From the human T2T-CHM13v2.0 reference genome, Homo sapiens, in assembly GCF_009914755.1 (NCBI RefSeq), contig NC_060927.1: a stretch of DNA of 64,000 bases; one strand, given 5' to 3'. The position numbers and the translations under genes are program-made. This document shows, piece after piece, positions 53,012 to 64,000 of this stretch. The notes under the pieces were generated by a model that did not search any database, was not told where the DNA came from, and worked only from the letters and a program-made list of their open reading frames with translations. Every line of letters begins with the position of its first letter. The first letter of the stretch is position 1.

Positions 53012-55163
53012 TGGAAGCATTCCACTTGAAACCGGTGTAAGACAAGGATCCCCTCTTTCACCACTTCTATTCAACATTGTATTGGATGTCCTGGCCAGAG
53101 CAATCCGGCAAGAGAAAGAAATAAACGTCATCTGAATGGGAATAGAGGAAGTCAAACTATCCCTGTTTGCAGATGACATGATCCTGTATGAAGAAAACCC
53201 CATAGTCTCAGCCCAAAGCTTCTTAAGCTGATAAACGACTTCAGCAAAGTCTCAGGATATGAAATCAATGTGCAAAAGTCATTAGCATTCCTACACACCA
53301 ACAACAGTCAAGCCAAGAGCCAAATCAGGAACAAACTCCCATTCACAATTGCCACAAAAAGAATAAAATACCTAGAAATACAGCTAACTAGGGAGGTGAA
53401 AGATCTCTACAAGGAGAATTATAAACCACTGCTCAAAGAAATCAGAGATGACACAAACAAATGGCAAACATTCCATGCTCATGGATAGGAAGGATCGATA
53501 TTGCCAAAATGGCCATACTGCTTAATGCGATTTATAGATTCAATGATATTCCTATTAAACTACCATTGAGATTCTTCACAGAACTAGAAAAAACTATTTA
53601 AAAATTCATATGGAATCAAAAAAAGAGCCTGAATATCCAAGGCAATCCAAGGCAAAACGAACAAAGCTGTAAGCAGCATACTACCCAACTTCAAACTATA
53701 TTGCAGGGCTAGAGTAACCAAAACAGCATGGTACTGGTACAAAAATAGACATATAGACCAACGGAATATAAAAGAAAACCAAAAATAAGACTGCACACCT
53801 GTAACTATCTGATCTTCAACAAACCCAACCAAAACAAGCAATGGGGAAAGGATTCCCTATTCAATAAATAGTCCTGGAATAACTGGCTAGCCATATGCAG
53901 AAGACTGAAATTGGACCCCTTCCTTACACCATATGCAAAAATTAACTCAAGATAGAATGAAGACTTAAGTGTAAAACACCAAACTATGAAAACCCTGGAA
54001 GACAACCTATGCTGCACCATTCAGGACACAGGAATGGGCAAAGATTTAATGACGAAGATGCATTTGCAAGAAAGCAATTGCAACAAAAGCAAAAATTGAC
54101 AAATGGGATCTAATTAAACTAAAGAGCTTCTGCACAGCAAAAGAAACTACCAACAGAGGAAACAGACAATTTACAGAATGGGAGAAAATTTCTGTAAACT
54201 ATGCATCCAGCAAAGGTCTAATATCTAGTACCTATAAGGAACTTAAACAAATTTACAAGAAAAAAAGCCATTAAAAAGTGGGCAAAGGACATGAACAGAC
54301 ACTTCTCTAAAGAAGACATACATACAGCCAACAATTATATGAAAAAAAGCTCAAAATCACTGATTACTAGAGAAATGCAAATCAAAACCACAATGAGATA
54401 CCGTCTCACATCAGTCAGATTGGCCATTATTAAAAAGTCAAAAAATAACAGATGCAGTGAGGTTGTAGAGAAAAAGGAATACTTTCATGCTGTTGGTGGG
54501 AATGTAAATTCATTCAACCATTGTGAAAGACAGTGTGGCAATACCTCAAAGACCTAAACACAGAAATACTATTCGACCACGCAATCCCATTACTGGGTAT
54601 ATACCCAAAGGAATATGAACCATTCTATTATAAAGACACATACATGTGTATGTTCATTGCAGCACTATTCACAATAGCAAAGACATGGAATCAACCTAAA
54701 CATCCATCAATGATGGACTGGATCAAGAAAATGTGGTACATATACACGATAGACTGGATAAAGAAAATGTGGTACATATACACCATGGAATACAGCCATA
54801 AAAGAGAATGAGATCATGTCCTTTCCAGGGACATGGATGGAGCTGGAGGCCACTATCCTTAGCAAATTTATGCAGGAACAGAAAACCAAATACTGCATGT
54901 TCTCAGTAATAATTAGCTAAATGATGAGGACATATGAACACATGAAGGTGAACGACACACACTGGGGCCTATTGGAGGGTGGAGGGTAGGAGCGGGAGAT
55001 AATCATGAGAAGTAAATAATAGGTACTAGACTTAATACCTGAGTAATGAAATAATCTGTATAACAAACCCCCAAGACACAAGTTTACCTATGTAACAAAC
55101 CTGCACGTGTACTCTTGAACTATTACCTTAAAAATAACAGTTCAACAACAACAAGAAGCACAA
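53012..55163 (+). mobile_element. 5'-truncated L1PA (L1PA13-16-like), ORF2 RT to 3' UTR
   Basis: CTGTTTGCAGATGACATGATC encodes LFADDMI; ORFs [11 protein letters not shown] and MNRHFSKEDI are L1 ORF2. Degenerate TSD CAAAATTATCATTGA / CAAAATTTAGCACTGA. Confidence 0.95.
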
Positions 55164-55299
55164 CAAAATTTAGCACTGAAATTCAGCCTAGGTCCTGTTG
55201 GGAATTGCTCAATTGTATGTGTTTCATTCAAAATCCATTAGTAAAACAAAGTACAGCAGGATATCTGGACTACAACCTCCATCTTCTTTTTGGACCACT

Positions 55300-56577
55300 T
55301 TTTGAAAATAGCTTTATTAATGTACAATTTACATAATATAACATTCACCAATTCAAGTATATGATTTAATGATTTTGGGTAATTTTTCAGAGTTGTGCAA
55401 ATATCATCAAAATCTAGTTTCAGAACATTTCATCACCCTCAAAATGATTCTCCGCAGCCATTTGCTGTCAATCCCCACTCTGCCTAGGCAACCAATCATC
55501 TGCTTTCTGTTTATAGATTTGCCTTTCCTAGACTTTTCACCTAAAATCATGTAGACACTGTGTAGTGTTTTGCATCTGGCTTCTTTCACTTGGCTTAACA
55601 ATTTTGAGGTCCATCCATGTTGTAGCGTCTATCAGTATTTAATTCTGAATGGTATTCTATTGTATGGATGCGTATTTTCTAAAGCACATTTTCTTTAGAA
55701 AATAGACATTTGGTATGTTTTTACTTCTTGGCTATTATAAATAATGCGGCTATGAATTTTTGTGTACAAGCCTTTGTATGAAGATAGGTTTTTCAATTCT
55801 CCAGTTATCTAGGTAAGGAATTGCCATGTCAAGTGGTAAGCATATGTTTAATTTTTTAAGAAACTGTTGAACTGTTTTCTGGTGTGGCTGTAGTACTTTA
55901 TATTCCAGGAATGTGAAGAGATCCAATTTCTCCATATCTTTACCAACATATGTTATTTTCTGTCTTTTTAATTAAAGTCATCGCAGTGGGCGTGCAGTAG
56001 AATTTCTTTGTGGTCATAATTTGCTTTTCCCCAGTGAATAATGACGTTGAGCACCTTTTCATATGCCTATAATTCATTTGCATCTTTTCTATAATGAAAT
56101 GTCTATTCAAATCTTTTGTTCATTTTTAATCAGCATGTTTGTATTATTATTGAATTGTAAGATGTTTTCATATATTATGGATACAAGTTATTTATCATCT
56201 ATATTCTTCGCAAATATTTTCTTCAAGTCTGTACTATGTCTTCACTTTTTAATTGTATCCTTTGACACACATTTTTTTTCATTTTAATCATTTGATTTAT
56301 CAATTTCTTTAATGGATCATATTTTTGATATTGTATCTAAGTAGTCTTTGCCTAACCCAAGTCACACAGATTTTCTTCTAAAAGTTTTAGTTTTAGTTCT
56401 TACATTTAGGCCTGATCCATTTTGATTTAAGTTTTGGGTGTGGTATGAGGTAAAGGTCTAAATTCATTGCTATGAATTTGTATACCATATTGTCCCAGCT
56501 CTATTTATTCAAAAGACTATCATTTTTCCAGTTAAATTTCCTGTGCTTTGTTGTCAAAATCAATTAACCATTAATAT
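55300..56577 (-). mobile_element. L1MB-like 3' portion
   Basis: AGCTTTATTAATGTACAATTTACATAA...AGAACATTTCATCACCC...TCTTTGCCTAACCCAAGTCAC is a reversed L1MB 3' end and ORF2. Confidence 0.85.
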
Positions 56578-56585
56578 AAATTACT

Positions 56586-56759
<174 letters not shown>

Positions 56760-56769
56760 TGATTTTTTA

Positions 56770-57045
56770 AAGAGGCAATATGGAATAGTGCTTAAGAGTT
56801 TGAGCTTTGGATTCAAACAACCTGGGAAGGAAACTTAATTCCATCTTTTAGTAGCTGCATGGCTTGGGGCAAGTGACTGAACCTCTCAGCACAGCAAGAC
56901 CCTCATCTGTAAACGGAGGATAATAATAGTACCTAGCTCCTGATGCTGTTTTGAGGATTAAATGAGATGATACATGTAAAGTACTTAAATGAGAACCTGG
57001 CATGGAGTAGTAAATGCTCAGTCCATGAGAGCCGTCATCATCATT
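56770..57045 (+). mobile_element. MIR, near full length
   Basis: ATAGTGCTTAAGAG...GGGCAAGTGACTGAACCTCTC...CCTCATCTGTAAA...GAGGATTAAATGAGATGATACATGTAAAG. Confidence 0.88.
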
Positions 57046-57335
57046 TTCTCTAGTGGCAAAGACAGGAAGAACCAGTTCAGCTTCTTTGTACCTTGGAGTA
57101 CAAACTGGAGCCAGCTGGCCAAAATATGGAGGATGTGAAATCCCTGGGGTGGGGGGATTGCGGGGATGATTCTGCTTTTTACCTGGTGATCCTATCCATT
57201 TTCTCCTTTTCATTATTTCATTTTTTTTACTCCCAGTTTTGTTCAGGTGGCACTTTGCCTTTGTAAAATACTCACCTCTCCAGACTCCCTTGCTGCTAGG
57301 AGTTATTTTTTGATCCAGTTTCGGCCAAGGATATA

Positions 57336-57874
57336 CAGTAGTCCTCCTTATTCGCAGTTTTGCTTTTTGCTGTTTCAGTTACCTAGGGTCAACCGTGGTC
57401 TTAAAATATTAAATAGAAAATTTAAGAAATATACAATCCATAAGTTTTAGATTGTGTGCCATTCTGAGTAGCATAACAAAATCTCATACTGTCCTGCTCC
57501 ATCGCACCTGGGATGTGAATCGTTTCTTTGTCCAGCAGATCCATGCTGTAGATGTCACCCGCCTGTTAATCACTTAGGAGCCATATAGATGATCAGATCC
57601 ACTGGCGTGGTATCACAGTGCTTGCCTTTAACGAACTCTTATTTTACTTAAAAATGGCCCCAAATGTAAGAGTAGTAATGCCGCATATTGTTATAATTGT
57701 TTTATTGTATTATTAGTCATTGTTGTTAATCTCTTACTAAGCCTAATTTATAAACTAAACTTTATCATAGGTATGCATGTATAAGAAAAAACATAGAGTT
57801 TGGAACTATCCATGGTTTCAGGCAACCTCTGGGGGTCTTGGAATGTATCCCCTATGAATAAGGGGGGACTACTG
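57336..57874. mobile_element. MER44 (Tigger7-derived, MER44B-like)
   Basis: TA|CAGTAGTCCTCCTTATTC ... GAATAAGGGGGGACTACTG|TA terminal inverted repeats; 539 bp. Confidence 0.92.
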
Positions 57875-58504
57875 TATAAACAGAATAAACTGTGTGGGCT
57901 TTCAGGGACAGCTATTGATTTCCTGATAAAAAGTAGACAACCTAAGCTGGCATGGATGATTTTCCCTTCAACCATCTCTCTTGGTCCTGCTTGGATCATA
58001 GCCACAAGGCTAAAGGGGGAGCAGTTGTCTTGTAGCTGCAAAGGCAGAAAGTCTCATGTTAGGGGTGATGGAGCAGAAAGTTCCAAGCTGACCTGAGAAA
58101 CTGGGGCAGTGGTGACTTGCCTATCCCTGGGTGTCTCGTATGGCCTTGTTACACTTGTAATAGCTACTAGTTATTGAGTACCTATGACTGCCAAAATAGT
58201 TTACGTACATACGCTCTAAACACTGCAAAAAGCTTTGTTGGATGCATTTTACTCTTTCCACTTTAGAGATGAGTAAACTGGAAATCAAATAAGTTTAAAT
58301 AAGCTGCCTGGGTATAAGCAGTGGCCAAGAGGTAGAAATGGGCTCCAACGCAGATGCACCTGGCTCAAAGTGCAGCCAGGACACTGCAGAACTGTTCACA
58401 GCTGTCCCCAAGTGCAGAATGACTTATTTCAGGGTGGGATCCAGGTCTAGTGTCTTATATGTATCACATACGCATCACATATGCAGCCGCCTCCTTCTCT
58501 TCTT

Positions 58505-58797
58505 CAGGCTGGGAAGAGGGATGAAGAGAGCGTGGTCAATAGGTACAAACAAACAGTTAGATGGAAAGTGTAAGTTCTAGTATCCATCACAGCAGGGTGA
58601 CTATAGGAAACAGCAGTGCATTGCCTACTTCAAAATAGCTAGAAAAGATCTGAAGTGTTCTCAACACGAAAAAATGATACATGTTTGAGGTGATGGGTAT
58701 CCTAAATACTCTGATTTTATCACTACACATTGTGTGCGTGTATCAAAATATCAAGTGTCCCATAAATACGTACAATTATTATGTATCGATTTTTTAA
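58505..58797 (+). mobile_element. L1MA-type 3' end
   Basis: GGGTGACTATAG...TTCAAAATAGCTAGAA...ATGTTTGAGGTGATGG...CCCATAAATACGTACAATTATTATGTATC. Confidence 0.85.
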
Positions 58798-59325
58798 ATG
58801 GGGGCAAGGTTTTGTCTTCTTTTGCCTTGCAAAGCTCAGAACCAAGCCTATACATTTTAAGTCGATATTTTTCTTCAAGGAAATGAACATTTAGTAGCAA
58901 ACAGACAAAGTTTCAGGTAACTGTTTTTAATAAAAATGGTCAAGTAATTGACCATTGGTTGTTGTGTGGGCTTCATGGATTAATGGGGAGTAACAGAGTA
59001 ATTTAAAGCATTTAGGAATTCACTTCATAGAAAACATCCTTAGGTGGAAAGTAAGCCAAACATCTCCCCACTTCCTTCCCACTCAGCTGGCTGCCCTTTC
59101 CCTCCAAAGAATATTAATTGCACCTCTCTGGCCTTCTAGAATGTGAAAGGTTCTAAACAGACATATTTTCCATACTTAGCACCGGTACAGTGGCTTGGAT
59201 AAAGGTGAATTAGGAACCGAAACAGGTTTTGTTGTTGTTTTATTTTGGCTTGGTTTTCAACTATAGTTTCACTTTGGACAGCATTTCGCAAGCAAATATC
59301 CAGAGAAATATTAATATGCTCCTCA

Positions 59326-59605
<280 letters not shown>

Positions 59606-59675
<70 letters not shown>

Positions 59676-60029
59676 ATATATATATGTGTGTGTGTATATA
59701 TATGTGTGTGTATATATATGTGTGTGTATATATATATGTGTGTGTGTATATATATGTGTGTGTGTATATATATGTGTGTGTGTATATGTGTGTGTGTATA
59801 TATGTGTGTGTGTATATATGTGTGTGTATATATGTGTGTGTATATATGTGTGTGTGTATATGTGTGTGTGTGTATATATGTGTGTGTGTATATGTGTGTG
59901 TGTATATATGTGTGTGTATATATGTGTGTATATGTGTGTGTGTATATATATGTGTGTGTATATATATGTGTGTGTGTATATATGTGTGTGTGTGTATATA
60001 TATGTGTGTGTGTGTGTGTGTATATACAC
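59606..60029. repeat. Long (TA)n/(TG)n compound microsatellite
   Basis: About 424 bp of alternating TA and TG blocks, read directly. Confidence 0.97.
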
Positions 60030-60312
60030 ATGCTCCTCAGAAGAAAGCCCCATGGTCAGTTTTGGAAACGGTCTTTCTTAGAAATTCCTAATTCAGATTA
60101 GCATATTAAAAGTTCTGAGGGGAAAACAATTTTTAACTTTGCATAAGCTGATGTTTCGCAAAAGTATTTGACCCCAAAATTTTCTTATTTATAACACCTA
60201 TTGATATTTGTAGAACATTGATACTATGTGGGACATAGTATTGCTGTTTTAGGAGAATTTTTTAAATGCTCCAATTGATTTGTTAAACTACTTAGCCGGT
60301 CTCAGTCTAGGG

Positions 60313-60503
60313 CAGGGGTCAGCAACTTATAAAAGCTGGCTTGGGATCTGTTTTTATAAGGCCCAGGAGCTAACAGTGGTTTTCACATTAGTAAAGAGTT
60401 GTAAAAACAAAAACTAAGATAACAACAACAAAAAACGATTGAGCAACAGAGACCTAAAACATTTACTATCTGGCCCTTTATAAATAATCTTTACGTACAC
60501 CTG
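60313..60503. mobile_element. MER58 (hAT-Charlie, MER58C-like)
   Basis: CAGGGGTCAGCAA...CCTAAAACATTTACTATCTGGCCCTTTA...CCTG. Confidence 0.8.
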
Positions 60504-60689
60504 CCCTAGGAAATTAACCTTTAAAAAATTAAATCCATGTGTCCTGAGTGCATAAAGTACAATTTTTTTAAAATGGGGGTGGGGGGGTGGGGAGGATGGA
60601 CAGAAGGAAGGGACAAGCCTGGCTTCCAAAATGTAGTGGGTGATATAACAAGACAAAGGACCCTACGGACTGCGCAGAATAATTTTCTA

Positions 60690-60920
60690 GCATCTTCCCT
60701 ATAACAGCTCATCAAGTATTCTCTCATTCAGAGTAAATGTCTCCAGTTCCATCACCTTTCCTCATAAGTGTCTGAGTCTCCTCGACACCATGGTCCCTTG
60801 TCTCCAAGTTGTTCCAGTTGGTCTACATACCTCTCAAACTATGGTGTCCAGGCTAGCTGTTACTCTACTCATACCTGAGGGATGCCAAGCGCAAAGGGCC
60901 TTCCTCTCCTGTCTCCCCAG
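60690..60920 (-). mobile_element. Possible ancient L3/CR1 LINE relic
   Basis: TAAATGTCTCCAGTTCCATCACCTTTCCTCATA...ACCATGGTCCCTTGTCTCC resembles the reversed L3 ORF2 as I recall it; highly diverged. Confidence 0.45.
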
Positions 60921-60999
60921 GTCAGAGGACACAAACCAGCCAGCGACATGCCAAATCACACACAGGGCTTTTGTTAAGTCTACCCAATGTTTTAAAATA

Positions 61000-62039
61000 C
61001 AGTTGACCCTTGAATAATGTGGGGGTTAGGGGCTTTGAGCCCTGTGCAGTTGAAATTCGCTTATTACTTTTGACTCTCTCAAAACTTAACTACAAATAGC
61101 CAGTGTTGACCAGAGGCCTTTCCAATAACATAAACAGTCAGTTAACACTTATTTTGTATGTTTTATGTATTACATACTGTATTCTTACAACAAAGTTAGC
61201 TATAGAAAAGAAAATGTGATTAAGAAATCATAAGGAAGAGAAAATACATTTACACTACTGTACTGTATTTGTTAATCCCAGGAGTTTATATCATCTGTTT
61301 ACAAGATGAATTGTCTGTCTGAAATGGTGGACAGCCACAGCTGCAAACCTCAATCTATTGTACATTTCAAGCAATTCAACATTTTCTCATAATGTCATGA
61401 CTTTTCTCTGCCTCTTGCATCTGTTTCCAGTATCACTAGTGGCCTTTTGTGTGAATCCCATTGTGTTATTCAAGGCTTATGGTTTGCACTAAACACGATG
61501 AAAGATATGGGATAACCAAGGGAGATCATTTTTTACTGCGATATGAAATGTACTGGAGAGAGAGACTGCTCACATTGAGATGATCTGCATCACATGGCTC
61601 ACCACTATAGCAACAGGAGTGGCTACAAAATTATGACAGTAGTAGAGTGTGTACTACAGTTAACTTTATGCCTTGTAATTTAATACTGCATCTTTGCATC
61701 TTTAATATGTTTATATTTCTTTCAACTGAAAATGGCACTACACATGATCTGTGTTTGTGCGAATACGTTTTGATAAATTTTAAGTTTTATAATAGATTTG
61801 TGCATATTTTATGGTATTAAATGATAAAACATACTAGTACATACATATATTTTATCCATTCATGACATACCTAACATTTCCCTAACTTTTTCCATATTTC
61901 TAGACTATGCAGTTCATCTGGGCGAGGTTTTTCAAATTGTTGCAAATCTCCAAAAACTTTCCCAATGTATTTATTGAAAAAAAATCCACATATAAATGGA
62001 CGCATGCAGTTGAAACCCATGTTTTTCAAGGGTCAACAG
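61000..62039. mobile_element. Tigger2-derived element (Tigger2b-like)
   Basis: TA|CAGTTGACCCTTGAA ... TTCAAGGGTCAACAG terminal inverted repeats; 1040 bp. Confidence 0.92.
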
Positions 62040-62579
62040 CATAGGAAAAGAACACACTAAAGTCCAGCCTTTCAGTTTTTCCTGGAGGAAAGAACATATG
62101 GAAATATCTGAAAACTTCAGTTCTGCCTCCTCCCATGACACAAGGAGCCAAAGCTGAGTAGTGGCTACTCCATTTGACCAGGCACAGCTCCCTATTTTGC
62201 CATAGTTCTCACCGCTTCCTAGTGTTGTCACCGAGCCTATCTCACTCATTAGCACTTCCTGCCTGGTCCCTAAGGCATTTGCATCTGTAGCCTATTTTAC
62301 TCATTAGCCCATGACCTATTTCTAGAAACATTTGTTTATATATCTACCTATATATTTTGAAATCATTTAATAGCAGAGAATAGGCCTTAAAGAAATTCTA
62401 AATTGGTATGAACTTGTGATAGAGAAAAAGCTCAGGGAAAGATCCAGAACCTGCTTGCCTTGGTAGTTCGGACTGACCTCAGTGACAGGGGCTCTGCACA
62501 ACGGGGGTTGGGGTGTGTTGGGAATGCTTGGGACTAGAAACAAAAAGGGGGCAGTGTTTGAGGATGGAGCCAAGGGGAA

Positions 62580-62820
62580 AGAGCCCAGGATGAGAAGACA
62601 GAATCCCTGGGTTCTAGTGCTCACTCTTCCACTTAATCTACTTTGTGTTATTTGGTCGACTGCTTAGCCTCTCTGGGCAACAGCCAGCTCTTCTACAATC
62701 TGCAGCGAGGTAGCACCCGCCTTGGCCTCCTTGGTTTGTGAATGCCCAGTAAAATCAAGTCATAAGGGCAGAAACACTGTAACATTTATGAAGTACAACG
62801 TATAAGTAAGGTATCATTAC
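62580..62820 (+). mobile_element. MIR relic
   Basis: CCTGGGTTCTAGT...CTTCCACTTA...CTTAGCCTCTCTGGGC. Confidence 0.55.
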
Positions 62821-64000
62821 TCCCGAGCTTTCTAATTTGGCCTAAGGCTGACCTGGTGGAAACAAATCAAAAGCACAAACAAAACAACAGGAAAATCAAA
62901 CAAAAACCCCATAAAAAGAAAGAGCTAAGTTCCTCTAGGACTAAGACACATCCATCTTTTCCACTGTAAACTGCGTGCTGTTAAAAGGCACAGATGGACC
63001 CAGCATGAACTGCTAAAGATGGATAAGGATGGCCTCATGTTTACCAAATTTCAGACCAACTAGGCTTTTTGGCTCAAGACACCAGCCTTGTGGACACAGA
63101 GAGTCAAAGGTGAGGCGTGGCTTAGTTTGAGATGATCTGGCCACCACTGAGATCAGCAGGGCTCCCATGCGATATTCAGAAAGGGCTCTTCACTTTAACC
63201 TCAGTTTTAACTCTCCCTGCTCAAAGTTCTCCAGCCTCCCAACTCCCACATGAACAAATTCTACAACAATTCTCTACCTGCCCCTCCCAGACACTCCAAG
63301 GAATTCTGTGTTGTTCAGAACAATGGCTGCATTCACACTTTCTGGAAGCCTGGTGTCAAGGACAGACACATCCACATGAACACTGCTTGCCACATTCCCT
63401 GGAGGAAGCCAAGGATGAGCTGTGTCATGTTGCTGCAAAAGAAGAAAAGAAACTTTGGAAAATGGAAGCAGCAGAAAATATTCCTACTGGGGACTATTTG
63501 AGCTCAATATCTATCCCAAAGTCATGAATTTCAGTGTGGATAGCAATTTAGAGATTTTTTTTTCCTGGCTGTAATTTTCATTTGATAATTTTCCAACATC
63601 TAAATCATTGTTCACGTTAGAATAACTGATGATAGTTAAGCCCGTTCTTTTCCTGTGTATTTGATCTCAGAACTAAGGTTTGAATGGGAGCACCACATTG
63701 TAGTTGAAAAGCTGTTCTCGCACTAGTTCTGCAATCTATATTGAAAGAGTTCTTTGCAGAAGAAGGGAAGTTAAAGGAGGGTCGATTTGGACTCTCAGTA
63801 CAGAAGAATGGCTCACAGCTGTCAAAGCTGACAAAGGATGGACTTTATGCTTCAAAACACCGTGCTCAAGAAGAGCAAGACAAATTTTTGCACTGGGGGA
63901 TCTAAGAGAAAATCAAACATCAGTAGGGTGATGGACTAGAATCTAGATGACCTTCCAGGTTCCTTCCAACTCTTTTGTGCCAATGTTTTCTGTTTGGGCC

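Noticed and set aside
63132-63527. 131-aa and 83-aa overlapping plus-strand ORFs
   Set aside because: No recognisable domain; consistent with chance.

Overview
AT-rich, repeat-dense primate (ape-like) nuclear DNA, either intergenic or deep intronic. I recognise no protein-coding gene, rRNA, tRNA or CRISPR array. The ORF track is explained by repeats (Alu, L1 ORF1/ORF2 remnants, Tigger1 transposase, ERVL gag, microsatellites) or by chance. The window holds five AluY-type elements, one AluS, one monomeric AluJ-like element, several L1PA and L1M fragments, MaLR/ERVL/ERV1 LTR relics, four Tigger-family elements, MER5/MER20/MER58 MITEs and many MIR/L2 relics. Three CpG-rich AluYs share substitutions absent from the human AluY consensus as I recall it, which suggests a non-human lineage (gibbon is my guess). 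The most notable structures are a closely spaced inverted pair of young AluYs, an AluY whose tail inside its TSD is a ~424-bp purine-pyrimidine repeat, a twin-primed L1 inside an L2, a 123-bp local copy of an MLT1 LTR segment, a GC/CpG-enriched patch near 39.7-40.4 kb, and several strong splice-site pairs that may mark unannotated non-coding transcripts. I found no convincing new biological system. Subfamily names come from recalled consensus sequences and boundaries of old repeats are approximate.
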